NCBI GenBank assembly: GCA_002269645.1
Contig: NIVC01003585.1
Location: forward strand, 1-64,000
Source: Macrostomum lignano
Lineage: Eukaryota
DNA: 64,000 bases
Direction of reading: 5' to 3'
Shown: one piece after another, positions 35,181-58,687 of the stretch
How positions within the stretch are numbered: position 1 is the stretch's first letter
How the letters are laid out: each line of letters starts with the position of its first letter
Translations under genes and position numbers: made by a program
Notes under the pieces: model-generated
What the model saw: the letters and a program-made list of their open reading frames with translations, nothing else
The model's database searches: none
What the model was told of the DNA's origin: nothing

Positions 35181-36224
35181 TGACAATGACCTAGCTCATA
35201 GATGGCAACCAAAGGAGTGCCCTACGAGTAGATGACTGAATTTCCAGTACAACGTCTTGACTCACTTGACTCAGCTGTGGGGGTCTCCGGGCACCCGGAT
35301 GCAGCGGGGAGGTGTCGCCGCCCCTTCCGCTAAGCCCTGGCGACCACGGGCAGCTGGTGCTGCGGTGTCGCGCAGGGAGATCCGGCGGTGCCGGTGTCCG
35401 CAGCGCGGTCCCCCTCCGGAGAGTCCAGGAGGTGGATGGTCGCTCGCCCGGTAGCCCTCAAGTAGCGGACGAGCTGGCAAAGATTTTGAAAAAAATCGGA
35501 GAAGTCCGGGTTTGGGCCGAGGTAGGTGAGCCTGTCCTGAGTAAAGGCAGATGAAGTGCTCCGCATTCTCGACACTCTGGCAGGAATGCAGAAAGGGCAT
35601 TCCTCCCAGCGGATTTTTACCTGCCTGGAGGTAGCTAGAGGGCCATGGTCACCGCCCAGATGTCCCTGCGGTTGAGTCCAAGCAGGGCCCTGCGGAGGGC
35701 GGGGGAGGACAGGGGACAGCTGCCGCGGGATTGCCGGCAGTCGGGGGCGTTAGCCCACCTCTCCCTGTGCTTTGAAGCCACCCACTGGTTGATCCAAGTC
35801 GTGAAACAGTCCGTCTGCCAAAGGCGGTTTTAACACACATTTTAGGGATCGAACTAAATGAGATCAAATACTTTAATGGCAAGAGAGAAGCTACTCAAAC
35901 TCAGGGCTTTGATTTAGCAATATGATTTTCTCCATCGCTTCATTCTCACACTCTGCGACAAACCCCTAGGTAGATGGAGCAGCTTTCTTTCAGACTCGAT
36001 ATCTTGTTTCTAAAAATAGCCTTTTCCAGACCGTTTCAATCGTGAAATTGGCGACTTTTTCCCACCTTCAGAAAGAGAAAACTAGCTCGTAATTACTGCG
36101 CGAAGTCTGCGAGCCCCTGCGGCGATCATCAGTTGATTAACAAGCGGCAAAGCAAATGAGGCCCGGGGGAGCCGCCCAGCCAATGGGATATCCGCATCCG
36201 CAAGGGTAGAAAAGGCGCTCGGCA

Positions 36225-37634
36225 ATGAGGATTTCTATCCTCAGAGCGCTCGTCTCTGATCCTTCGTATCCTGGATCCTGTTCCCAATCCACCGCCAGGG
36301 CTGAACTCGACAGCATGTCGCTGCTGAACAGCTCCGTGGAAACCGTCGGCAACAGGACGGACATGCAGCTCGAAGAGGAGTTCGGCATGCGGATGCTCAG
36401 CGGTCTGACCAGGTACTTCCTCATCTGGTACCTGCCGCTGATCCTCACCATCGGCACATTCGGCGCCGTGTTCTGCATGCTGTTCATCTTCATGTCGCGG
36501 ATGTTCCCGAAGATCATCCAAGTCTGGCTGGTGAGCATCTGCTTCGGCGACTTCATGATCCTCATCTGGGACGTGCTGCGCCTGTTCCTGAAGCTGGCCT
36601 TCGGCTACGACTACATCGACCAGGGCGTCGTCATCTGCAAGCTGCAGTCCTACTTCAGCAGCTTCTTCTTCCACTGGAGCGCCTACAACCAGGCTGCCAT
36701 GTCCATCCAGCGTCTGGTCTTCATCGCCTCCCCGCTGCGCTCCAGAACCATCCTCAACACCAAGCGGGTGATGACCACGTGGGCCACCATGACCTTCCTG
36801 CTGCTGTTCCCCAACATCACCTACCTCATCTACTGGCACATCGGCAGGAAGTCCGACTGCGAGCCAGTTGACAAGTGGTTCTACTACGTGACCACGCTGG
36901 TGCACCTGATCGCCTGGGGCATCATCCCGCTGGCCTCCATGGTGGTATCCACCGGCTGCATCTCCTACCGGCTGATTCGCTACCGCCGGGGCAACTTCAA
37001 AGCCGCCAAGACCAAAGACGGCCGCGGCAGCGACGTAGGTGGCGGCGTCCCGCAGCCAGCGGTGATCGGCGGCCGGCGGCACGGCTCCGACCAGAACGCG
37101 CACGTGACCCGCCTGCTGGTGTCCATGAACCTGTTCTACCTGTTCACCACCTTCCCGCTGCTCATCTACATGATGTACTTGAACTTTGTGAAGGACAACC
37201 AGGTCGGCAAGAGCATCGCCAAGAGTCTGCACAAGTTCTATTATTACCTGTTCCGCTCCATCTGCTTCCTGAACGCCTCGCTCAACTGGGTGTTTTACTG
37301 CGCCGCAGGCAAGGTCTTCCGACAGAAGGCGATGCAGATTCTGTACAGAATCTTCTGCCGGGAGAAGAGCCAGTACAGAGGAGGCGGCCGGTTCACCACA
37401 ACATACACGCAGGCCGCCCAGCGTCACGGCCAGCGCTCCACCAGCGCCACGCCGGTCGCCTTCCAGCAAACGCGCCGCGCAGACACTCTGGCTGGCAGCT
37501 CCGAGCTCGTTGAAGACGCAGAGCCCGCGCCGCCCGATGTCGGCATGATCAAAGGCCGAAAGCGGCTGCACGTGGCGGCGCTGGCGGCGGCCAAGCGTTC
37601 GGAAGCTGACGGCGTGGACGAAGCTGAGTTGTGA
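36225..37634 (+). CDS. Class A (rhodopsin-like) GPCR, peptide-receptor-like orphan, single coding exon
   Basis: 469-aa ORF (possible true start at ATG 36315) with seven hydrophobic segments and N-terminal sequons NSS/NRT. TM2 Asp (ICFGD), TM3 Cys (CKLQSY), QRL at the DRY position, TM5/TM6 prolines, TM7 NASLNWVFY plus helix 8. Strong GC3 bias. Confidence 0.9.
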   Translation: MRISILRALVSDPSYPGSCSQSTARAELDSMSLLNSSVETVGNRTDMQLEEEFGMRMLSGLTRYFLIWYLPLILTIGTFGAVFCMLFIFMSRMFPKIIQVWLVSICFGDFMILIWDVLRLFLKLAFGYDYIDQGVVICKLQSYFSSFFFHWSAYNQAAMSIQRLVFIASPLRSRTILNTKRVMTTWATMTFLLLFPNITYLIYWHIGRKSDCEPVDKWFYYVTTLVHLIAWGIIPLASMVVSTGCISYRLIRYRRGNFKAAKTKDGRGSDVGGGVPQPAVIGGRRHGSDQNAHVTRLLVSMNLFYLFTTFPLLIYMMYLNFVKDNQVGKSIAKSLHKFYYYLFRSICFLNASLNWVFYCAAGKVFRQKAMQILYRIFCREKSQYRGGGRFTTTYTQAAQRHGQRSTSATPVAFQQTRRADTLAGSSELVEDAEPAPPDVGMIKGRKRLHVAALAAAKRSEADGVDEAEL

Positions 37635-37682
37635 AATTAGAGATTTTTAACACCGACTCACTGCTTGCTTTTTAACTGAGTT

Positions 37683-38170
37683 TGCCTCTCCCTGCCTTTG
37701 TCCCTGCCTCTCTCTACTTGTCTCCTTTCTCTTGTCTCCCTCTCTCCTTGTCTCCCTGTCTCCTTGTCTCCCTCTCTCCTTGTCTCCCTCTCTCCTTGTC
37801 CCCCTCTCTCCTTGTCTCCCTCTCTCCTTGTCTCTTTTCTCTCCTTGTCTCCTTCTCTCCTTGTCTCCCTCTCTCCTTGTCTCCCTCTCTCCTTGTCTCC
37901 CTCTCTCCTTGTCTCCCTCTCTCCTTGTCTCCCTCTCTCCTTGTCTCCCTCTCTCCTTGTCTCCCTCTCTCCTTGTCTCCCTCTCTCCTTGTCTCCCTCT
38001 CTCCTTGTCTCCCTCTCTCCTTGTCTCCCTCTCTCCTTGTCTCCCTCTCTCCTTGTCTCCCTTTACCTCTGTACCTCTCTACTACTCTACGTCTCCACCC
38101 TCTACCCCCCTATCTCTCTCCCTTTCTCTGTCTCCCTCTCTCCCTCTTTCCTTCTCTAACTTTCTTCCTA
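37683..38170. repeat. 16-bp CT-rich minisatellite tctccctctctccttg
   Basis: Direct reading; starts about 50 bp after the GPCR stop. Confidence 0.93.
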
Positions 38171-38430
38171 TGTCTCTTACAATTATCCCTAAGTACACTG
38201 TATAATATTTCATCTAGAAATTTCTTCGCGTCTTAAGAAGATTCTTTCTGATTTTAACAGCTTGTTTGTTTACTGTCTGGTCCTCGGCACAATGTTGAAG
38301 TTTGAGTCCCGGTTTCGCTTAGAAGAAAAAATTTGTTTTATAATCTCCCTGACCGGATGCAAAATCAGTTATATCTTTATATTTATATATATGGCAAGAT
38401 TTTGTTGCAAAAATTACTAAACCAGGATAC

Positions 38431-38540
38431 CAGGGGCGTCGCCATGGATTCTAAGTTGTGAGGAAAAAGCTAAAAGTTCTGCATGACTAATTTTCTGTGT
38501 TGATAGCAGGCACTCATTCGCCCTGGTAGCGACGCCCCTG
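38431..38540. mobile_element. MITE family B, 110-bp internally deleted copy
   Basis: TIRs caggggcgtcgcca and tagcgacgcccctg; TSD caggatac/caggatat (7 of 8). Shares gcatgactaa and caggcactcatt with the copy at 26184. Confidence 0.78.
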
Positions 38541-38802
38541 CAGGATATTGCTAAACTATTTCAACTAATTATCGTCGTTAAGTTATTATTTGGACGCAAA
38601 TATTACTGTATAACATTGACTGTTGTCACAATATACATTGTCGCCGTACTACATTACTTTTATAATATAGTATTCTGTATATTTTAATATGATGAAGCTC
38701 GAATGTGTTGTGCGCTTCTTGATACCTTTTTTAGTAAATAAAAACTTTTTTGTCAAAGTTGCGATTCGTTTGGAAAAAAAATTTGAGTGACAAAATATCC
38801 CC

Positions 38803-39461
38803 TCTAGACATTGACTAGATCATGCTGTAATCAGTCTCTAGACATTGCCTAGATCATACTGTAATCAGTCTCTAGACATTGACTAGATCATGCTGTAATC
38901 AGTCTCTAGACATTGACTAGATCATGCTGTAATCAGTCTCTAGACATTGACTAGATCATGCTGTAATCAGTCTCTAGACATTGACTAGATCATGCTGTAA
39001 TCAGTCTCTAGACATTGACTAGATCATGCTGTAATCAGTCTCTAGCCATTGACTAGATCATGCTGTAATCAGTCTCTAGATATTAACTAGATCATGCTAT
39101 AATCAGTCTCTAGACATTGACTAGATCATGCTATAATCAGTCTCTAGACATTGACTAGATCATGCTGTAATCAGTCTCTAGATATTAACTAGATCATGCT
39201 GTAATCAGTCTCTAGATATTAACTAGATCATGCTGTAATCAGTCTCTAGACATTGACTAGATCATGCTGTAATCAGTCTCTAGACATTGACTAGATCATA
39301 CTGTAATCAGTCTCTAGACATTGACTAGATCATGCTGTAATCAGTCTCTAGACATTGACTAGATCATGCTGTAATCAGTCTCTAGACATTGACTAGATCA
39401 TGCTGTAATCAGTCTCTAGACATTGACTAGATCATGCTGTAATCAGTCTCTAGACATTGCC
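38803..39461. repeat. 34-bp minisatellite ctctagacattgactagatcatgctgtaatcagt
   Basis: About 19 copies. Confidence 0.96.
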
Positions 39462-40331
39462 TGGGGCAGCCCAGCCAAACTGCAACTCATTTTATGTCCA
39501 GCATCTCTGGAAGACTCGACTCAGTGAGCTCCACAGCCCCCCTGCCGTCAATCCTTTCGGGATCAGCTAACTCTCGCAATCTGTCCACTAATGCCGTGCC
39601 CTCCCAGCGGGCCCATGAGAGCGTAAAACCCGCAGTCCAAGTTGCCTTCTTATTGCTTCTGGTTCCCCTGGGCATTATTTATGGGATTTAGGGATCACAG
39701 CTGGCTTGTCATGGCTCAAAGCTAGAGAGCCTAGAAGCGAACTACTCGCATCTTGACTATGCCTGAGCAGTCGTGGTAAACAGCCCGTGTTCTGTACTAC
39801 CAGCTCTGTCCAGACAGTCGGAGACAGTTAAATGCTCCCTACCAATCACATGTACATGCAGAACTCAGTAAGTCTTGCTAGCCAGGTGCACGAGTGTGCC
39901 AAAATTCATTAATTAACACAGAATTAACCTGGTCGGGGTTAGATTTCTAAGTGCCAAGCAAGCAGACTTATTTACTATATAATTTAAGCTGCCCGTTGAG
40001 AACTGTGAGGCAGTCCTATAGCTGCTGTCAGAGATGAAATTGTGTGTACTTTTATCAGTCAGTGAGAGCACTATAGTGACTGACAGTGGTGCTGTGGCGT
40101 GATGCAGGCACTAGAGCTATCGAACTCAACTTTCACCGTCAACAGTGGGTCAGCCCCATTTCTGCCCAGCTCATTCTGTTATTAAAGATGATTTTAATTC
40201 TGCATTCCACCCGGCCCATAACTCCTTAAAAGTGGAATTCCCTCATTTCCTTAATCTTGCAACCCCTTCAGTCTCAAACCCCTAAAATCTCACTCTTAGA
40301 ACCTCACAATTGAAATCTGATCGCTTCAATT

Positions 40332-40685
40332 TCACTCCTTCCATCTCACTCCTTCCATCTCACTCCTTCCATCTCACTCCTTCCATCTCACTCCTTCTTT
40401 TCCTCTCACTCCTTCCATCTCACTCCTTCCATCTCACTCCTTCCATCTCACTCCTTCCATCTCACTCCTTCTTTTCCTCTCACTCCTTCCATCTCACTCC
40501 TTCCATCTCACTCCTTCCATCTCACTCCTTCCATCTCACTCCTTCCATCTCACTCCTTCCATCTCACTCCTTCCATCTCACTCCTTCCATCTCACTCCTT
40601 CCATCTCACTCCTTCCATCTCACTCCTTCCATCTCACTCCTTCCATCTCACTCCTTCCATCTCACTCCCTCCATCTCACTCCCTC
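40332..40685. repeat. 14-bp minisatellite ctcactccttccat
   Basis: About 25 copies. Confidence 0.95.
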
Positions 40686-41206
40686 CATTTAGCCGTTTCC
40701 CAATCTGTAGACCTTGAACTACTATAATTTTCTCTCTACGTACAGATAGCAATCATAAGGCACCACCACGCGAGGCCCACTGTTTTAGGGTTGGCTGATC
40801 TGTGTGCCTTGTAAGCAACGGCAGAGCCGGCTCGATCCCGTGTGGTGCACAGGTTAAATTGTTCGGCAAGCAAGCGAAAAACTGCTTCGGCATTTTCTTG
40901 CCGCAGAGAAAACCAGCGAAAACTGATAGGAGCACCTCGGAAGCATCGGTCTGCCTCCCTTAACCCCCCCCCCACACACAGAGCCCTTCGCCAGTTTCTC
41001 CCTGCACACCTGGGCGCTGCAGCGTAGAAATTGCGCCGCTAATAATGAAAGGTAGAGAGGGATGAAAATTCAGTTGGTGCCGACAGGATAGGCTTATCCC
41101 TTGTCTGAACTGGGCTGCAGTTTATTGGGATCAGAGAGTGTGCAGCCGTCATCTGCTGGGCAACGCGTGCCTTCAGATGGTTGGAAGGGTGGCAGGGGAA
41201 AAAAAC

Positions 41207-41722
<516 letters not shown>

Positions 41723-42204
41723 GGGCTCCTGTCAAAGCTTCTAATCCCCGTTATCCCCAACGCTCTTCAGCCATGGATTGTTGCACGCTGATAGCAGCTG
41801 CAAGCGGCCTTCGGCCACTGGAATTTCGCGCAATTTCCCTATCGACGAAAGAAAGCAAGCCGTCAGTACCGGCTGTACTTGCTGCAGCTGCTGTACGGGG
41901 CCAACTTGTACTATTCAGCCGCAGCGCATTGCAAGCGTGTTGTTTTCTTACAGCAAAATGAATGGCAGGATAGAAATTTCAGTGCGATTCGTTGTAGATG
42001 CGGTTCGAACTGAGAACCACACGAGCGGCAACATCCCTCTTCTACTAGTAGCATACAAGCAATTATCTGGGCACCACTGCGCAGAAAGATGCAGACTGCA
42101 ATTTGTGTCGTCAATGAAGATTTTTTCTGGTAAATGAACTTTCATTTTAGCAATATGAGCGTACAGTGTATTTAATCCTTTCATCAATGCCGATAATTGG
42201 GAAT

Positions 42205-43105
42205 GAGAGGGAAGTGGAAGAGAGGAGACAGGGAGAGAAGAGAGGAGACGGAGGAAAGAGAGGAGACAGGGAGAGAAGAGAGGAGACAGGGAGGGAAGAG
42301 AGGAGACAGGGAGAGAAGAGAGGAGACAGTGAGTGAGAAGAGGAGACAGGGAGAGAGAAGAGGAGACAGGGAGAGAAGAGAGGAGACAGGGAGAGAAGAG
42401 AGGAGACAGGGAGAGAAGAGAGGAGACCGGGAGGGAAGAGAGGAGACAGGGTGGGAAGAGAGGAGACAGTGAGTGAGAAGAGGAGACAGGGAGAGAGAAG
42501 AGGAGACAGGGAGAGAAGAGAGGAGACAGGGAGAGAAGAGAGGAGACCGGGAGGGAAGAGAGGAGACCGGGAGGGAAGAGAGGAGACAGTGAGTGAGAAG
42601 AGGAGACAGGGAGAGAAGAGAGGAGACAGGGAGGGAAGAGAGGAGACAGGGAGAGAAGAGAGGAGACAGTGAGTGAGAAGAGGAGACAGGGAGAGAAGAG
42701 AGGAGACAGGGAGGGAAGAGAGGAGACAGGGAGAGAAGAGAGGAGACCGGGAGGGAAGAGAGGAGACAGGGTGGGAAGAGAGGAGACAGTGAGTGAGAAG
42801 AGGAGACAGGGATGGAAGAGAGGAGACAGGGAGAGAAGAGAGGAGACAGGGAGGGAAGAGAGGAGACAGGGAGAGAAGAGAGGAGACAGTGAGTGAGAAG
42901 AGGAGACAGGGGGAGAGAGTAGACAGGGAGGGAAGATAGGAGACAGGGAGGGAAGAGAGGAGACAGGGAGAGAAGAGAGGAGACAGGGAGGGAAGAGAGG
43001 AGACAGGGAGAGAAGAGAGGAGACAGTGAGTGAGAAGAGGAGACAGGGGGAGAGAGTAGACAGGGAGGGAAGATAGGAGACAGGGAGGGAAGAGAGGAGA
43101 GAGAA
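42205..43105. repeat. About 20-bp GA-rich minisatellite gggagagaagagaggagaca
   Basis: About 44 copies with recurring variants. Confidence 0.95.
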
Positions 43106-43723
43106 ACTGAAGGTAATGAGAAGAGAGAAGGGTGAGGGGTAATGGAAGTGATGGAGAGAGGTAGCATAGGCAATGAATTAACCAGTAAAAATGCATTGCA
43201 TCCCATTTCAGTGAAATTCTGAGCAAACACTTCAGATTTGCTGACTCATTTCTGTCGCAGCAAATTTGCATTCAAATTGGGCAGCTGACATCAATTGCCG
43301 CGCGCAGCTGTGATTATTGCAGCTGGGTTCAGGAAGGCATGCGTCATCGATCTGGGATTTGGTTGAGAGGATTTACATTGCGTAACTTCCCGATAATCAT
43401 ATACATGTAAATGGTTCTGCGTTTGTTCAGTGAAGACCCAGTTAATACCGGATGTGTAGCTAATTACTCGTACTGTTGTATCGACATCGTGCTTCATATT
43501 TACTACTTTTAGTAGTCTTTAGTTTCCAGGGAAACATAATTGGATGCTGCCGAAAATCCAATCGCATATATGCCCCCCTGTCCCCTATGTATCCCTATTG
43601 TGTCCTTGATATGTCCCCCTGTCTCCTATGTGTCTTCCTGTCCTCCTCACAGCTTCGTGCCCAGCGGCTTGCAGTGACGACGCTGCTGTGGTTGTATTGC
43701 TGTGCTGCGTTCGTAACTAATAA

Positions 43724-45665
43724 TGGTCATTAGTCACAGTTCATTAGTCATTAGTCACAGTTCATTTAGTCATTAGTCACAGTTCATTAGTCATTAGTCA
43801 CAGTTCATTAGTCACTAGTCACAGTTCATTTAGTCATTAGTCACAGTTCATTAGTCATTAGTCACAGTTCATTTAGTCATTAGTCACAGTTCATTTAGTC
43901 ATTAGTCACAGTTCATTAGTCTTTAGTCACAGTTCATTTAGTCATTAGTCACAGTTCATTAGTCACTATTCACAGTTCATTAGTCATTAGTCACATTTCA
44001 TTTAGTCATTAGTCACAGTTCATTAGCCATTAGTTCCTAAATTTACATACCATTGCGGTAGCGCCTTTGAATTCGTGTGCTCGCTTGTAGTGACTAAACT
44101 GCGAATAATGGCTAACGTCACTAATGGATAACAAACTGTGGCTAGTGACTAACAAAGTGTGACTAATGACTAACAGACTGTGAGTCTGACCAATGACTAA
44201 CAAGGTGTCACTAATGATTAGCAAAGTGTCACTAATGGCTCAAACTGTGGCTAATGGCTAATAAACTGTGACTAATGACTAACAAACTGCGACTAGTGAC
44301 TAATAAACTGCGACTAGTGACTTACAAACTGTGACTAGTGACTAATAAACTGTGACTAATGACTAATAAACTGTGACTAGTGACTAATAAACTGTGACTA
44401 GTGACTAATAAACTGTGGCTAGTGACTAATAAACTGTGGCTAGTGACTAATAAACTGTGGCTAGTGACTAATAAACTGTGGCTAGTGACTAATAAACTGT
44501 GCCTAGTGACTAATAAACTGTGACTAATGACTAATAAACTGTGACTAATGACTAATAAACTGTGACTAATGACTAATAAACTGCGACTAATGACTAATAA
44601 ACTGTGACTAATGACTAATAAACTGCGACTAATGACTAATAAACTGTGACTAGTGACTAATAAACTGTGACTAATGACTAATAAACTTGACTAATGACTA
44701 ACGAACTGTGACTAGTGACTAATAAACTGTGACTAGTGACTAATAAACTGTGACTAGCGACTAATAAACTCTGACTAGTGACTAATAAACTGTGACTAGT
44801 GACTAATAAACTGTGACTAGTGACTAATAAACTGTGACTAGTGACTAATAAACTGTGGCTAGTGACTAATAAACTGTGGCTAGTGACTAATAAACTGTGG
44901 CTAGTGACTAATAAACTGTGGCTAGTGACTAATAAACTGTGGCTAGTGACTAATAAACTGTGACTAATGACTAATAAACTGTGACTAATGACTAATAAAC
45001 TGTGACTAATGACTAATAAACTGCGACTAATGACTAATAAACTGTGACTAGTGACTAATAAACTGTGACTAATGACTAATAAACTTGACTAATGACTAAC
45101 GAACTGTGACTAGTGACTAATAAACTGTGACTAGTGACTAATAAACTGTGACTAGCGACTAATAAACTGCGACTAGTGACTAATAAACTCTGACTAGCGA
45201 CTATTAAACTGCGACTAGTGACTAATAAACTGTGACTAGCGACTAATAAACTGCGACTAGTGACTAATAAACTGTGACTAGTGACTAATAAACTCTGACT
45301 AGTGACTAATAAACTGTGACTAGTGACTAATAAACTGCGACTAGTGACTAATAAACTGTGACTAGTGACTAATAAACTGTGACTAGCGACTAATAAACTG
45401 CGACTAGTGACTAATAAACTCTGACTAGCGACTATTAAACTGCGACTAGTGACTAATAAACTGTGACTAGCGACTAATAAACTGCGACTAGTGACTAATA
45501 AACTGTGACTAGTGACTAATAAACTCTGACTAGTGACTAATAAACTGTGACTAGTGACTAATAAACTGTGACTAGTGACTAATAAACTGTGACTAGTGAC
45601 TAACGAACTGTGACTAGTGACTAATAAACTGTGACTAGTGACTAACGAACAGTGACTAGTGACCA
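43724..45665. repeat. Head-to-head inverted arrays of a 21-bp unit (foldback-like)
   Basis: Left arm 43724-44033 (ttagtcacagttcattagtca) and right arm about 44090-45665 (tgactaataaactgtgactag) are near reverse complements, separated by a short unique spacer. Confidence 0.88.
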
Positions 45666-46311
45666 ATGAATTATGAATGATGGACCAAAGTGTAGGAGTG
45701 AATGTTCTATTATGTATTGCAGTTGGCAGACGCTGATATAAGCTAATTATGTTTACACCAGACTATAAATATAGGAGACAAAGTCCCCAACTTGGCTCTA
45801 AGAAGTCGTGTGTAGCCAAAATCAGTCTTCGGATTCTTGCCTAGGGTCGAATCCAGTCAAGACAAGAACTCAAAACATTATGTTAAAGACTGATAAGAGA
45901 AATAGGCAGCGTTTTACCTGCCAACAAATGAACGAGTTGTTAAACACGATAGTCAAGAGCGGTGTTGGTGTTGATTCACACCTGTCCGTATTGGATTGGT
46001 TTGTTGATTTCCCAACTGTTTGCTGCGGTGCTTGTAAAACTTTTTTCAATTTAAAGGACTGTAGTTTTATGGCTTAATTGTCAGCTTTTTATTAGTTGAG
46101 TTTAATCACCTCAGGTGCGAACTGGGACACTTCTTCTCGTAAAACTGTTCTGTGATTATAAACGATTATAAACTGATGTTGAATAAACTGGGTTCACAAA
46201 ACCGATAATAACGTGAGAGCTAAAGCAAACCATATGTTGAGTTTTTATTGTTTATTGGCTGCATTGACTGACAAAATAAATTTCTTGGCCAAGACAGAGA
46301 AAAAGTGCTGT

Positions 46312-48215
46312 GGGAATGCAGCTTGAGCATTGTGTGAATTCCATTATGAAGAAAGTGTGAATGCGGTCTGAGTATTGTGTGAATTCCATTGTAAACAGTG
46401 TGTGAATGCAGCTTGAGTATTGCGTGAATTCCATTGTAAACAGTGTGTGAATGCAGCTTGAGCATTGTGTGAATTCCATTATGAAGAAAGTGTGAATGCG
46501 GTCTGAGTATTGTGTGAATTCCATTGTAAACAGTGTGTGAATGCAGCTTGAGTATTGCGTGAATTCCATTGTAAACAGTGTGTGAATGCAGCTTGAGTAT
46601 TGTGTAAATTCCATTATGAAGAAAGTGTGAATGCGGTCTGAGTATTGTGTGAATTCCATTGTAAACAGTGTGTGAATGCAGCCTGAGTATTGTGTGAATT
46701 CCATTGTAAATAGTGTGTGAATGCAGCCTGAGTATTGCGTGAATTCCATTGTAAACAGTGTGTGAATGCAGCTTGAGCATTGTGTGAATTCCATTATGAA
46801 GAAAGTGTGAATGCGGTCTGAGTATTGTGTGAATTCCATTGTAAACAGTGTGTGAATGCAGCCTGAGTATTGCGTGAATTCCATTGTAAACAGTGTGTGA
46901 ATGCAGCTTGAGTATTGTGTAAATTCCATTATGAAGAAAGTGTGAATGCAGCCTGAGTATTGTGTGAATTCCATTGTAAACAGTGTGTGAATGCAGCCTG
47001 AGTATTGTGTGAATTCCATTGTAAATAGTGTGTGAATGCAGCCTGAGTATTGCGTGAATTCCATTGTAAACAGTGTGTGAATGCAGCTTGAGTATTGTGT
47101 AAATTCCATTATGAAGAAAGTGTGAATGCGGTCTGAGTATTGTGTGAATTCCATTGTAAACAGTGTGTGAATGCAGCCTGAGTATTGTGTGAATTCCATT
47201 GTAAATAGTGTGTGAATGCAGCCTGAGTATTGCGTGAATTCCATTGTATACAGTGTGTGAATGCAGCCTGAGTATTGCGTGAATTCCATTGTAAACAGTG
47301 CGTGAATGCAGCCTGAGTATTGCGTGAATTCCATTGTAAACAGTGTGTGAATGCAGCTTGAGTATTGTGTGAATTCCATTGTAAACAGTGTGTGAATGCA
47401 GCTTGAGTATTGCGTGAATTCCATTGTAAACAGTGTGTGAATGCAGCTTGAGTATTGTGTGAATTCCATTGTAAACAGTGTGTGAATGCAGCTTGAGTAT
47501 TGCGTGAATTCCATTGTAAACAGTGTGTGAATGCAGCTTGAGTATTGTGTAAATTTCATTATGAAGAAAGTGTGAATGCAGCCTGAGTATTGTGTGAATT
47601 CCATTGTAAACAGTGTGTGAATGCAGCCTGAGTATTGTGTGAATTCCATTGTAAATAGTGTGTGAATGCAGCCTGAGTATTGCGTGAATTCCATTGTAAA
47701 CAGTGTGTGAATGCAGCTTGAGTATTGTGTAAATTCCATTATGAAGAAAGTGTGAATGCGGTCTGAGTATTGTGTGAATTCCATTGTAAACAGTGTGTGA
47801 ATGCAGCCTGAGTATTGTGTGAATTCCATTGTAAATAGTGTGTGAATGCAGCCTGAGTATTGCGTGAATTCCATTGTATACAGTGTGTGAATGCAGCCTG
47901 AGTATTGCGTGAATTCCATTGTAAACAGTGTATGAATGCAGCTTGAGTATTGTGTGAATTCCATTGTAAACAGTGTGTGAATGCAGCCTGAGTATTGCGT
48001 GAATTCCATTGTAAACAGTGTGTGAATGCAGCTTGAGTATTGTGTAAATTCCATTATGAAGAAAGTGTGAATGCAGCCTGAGTATTGTGTGAATTCCATT
48101 GTAAACAGTTTGTGAATGCAGCCTGAGTATTGTGTGAATTCCATTGTAAACAGAGTGTGATGTGAATTCCATTGTAAACAGAGTGTGAATGCGGTCTGAG
48201 TATTGTGCGACTCTC
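46312..48215. repeat. 45-bp satellite gaattccattgtaaacagtgtgtgaatgcagcttgagtattgtgt
   Basis: About 42 copies with two interleaved monomer types. An EcoRI site occurs in most units. Confidence 0.97.
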
Positions 48216-48754
48216 ATTGTGAACAGTGTGTGAATGTAGCTGGTAGTTTGAGCATTGCGTGAATCCCGTTGTGAACATTAGAATCCCAAATTGTCAATCG
48301 GCGTACGGCACACTGCTTGCAGTGAAGATTTTGCAGTTGGGGTGGGTAGAGTGGGCTAAACTGCAGTGCGGTGACTCAGCAGTGGCGGGGAGGGCTTCCC
48401 AGGGCCGGGGGTTGTCCAAGCTGAACCCAAACCCTGGGAAAGGACAAAGTGGAGAGTGGGGGGATTTGCGCGGCCCGGAGCTGGGAGGTTTGCAGGGGGG
48501 GGGGCTGTTTGCGGAACCCGATCTGCTGGGGCGGGGGCCGGGTGCAGCGCGGGACGGCCTGAATGGGGGGGGTTGTGTTTTTGGAACTGAATGAACGCGC
48601 GCGTATTCTCCTGCCTTATAGCCGTAGCCTTGCTCCTCTGCCGTGCCATTCATTCATTCACCTTTCCTCACCTCATTTTCATTCGCTAATTTAGCAAGAA
48701 GCTCCAACAACCAACTACGGCGAGGAAGACAACGGAGACCAAGGCGTCAGGGAC

Positions 48755-48828
48755 GGGCGGCTCTGTCCAATCATGTCGCGGAGGGGGCTTGGAGACTCCA
48801 GCTAGGAATTGCGCAAATAAATTTGCAT
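48755..48828 (+). promoter_or_regulatory. Possible proximal promoter of the convertase gene (GC box, CCAAT, octamer)
   Basis: gggcgg at 48755-48760, ccaat at 48767-48771 and atttgcat at 48821-48828, all within 140 bp of the ATG. Motif matches only. Confidence 0.3.
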
Positions 48829-48890
48829 GGCGACTCTTAGCGGCCTTGCCCGGATCGAGCCCGGAATGTCTTAGCAACTGGTGGCCGGTC

Positions 48891-58687
<9,797 letters not shown>

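Noticed and set aside
35250-35830. GC-rich exon-like segment upstream of the first GPCR (ORF 35312-35554 with a gtaggt donor)
   Set aside because: No homology recognised and no consistent splice partner; it could be UTR or a repeat fragment.
36129-37571. 480-aa minus-strand ORF
   Set aside because: Antisense shadow of the GC3-rich GPCR; no recognisable motifs.
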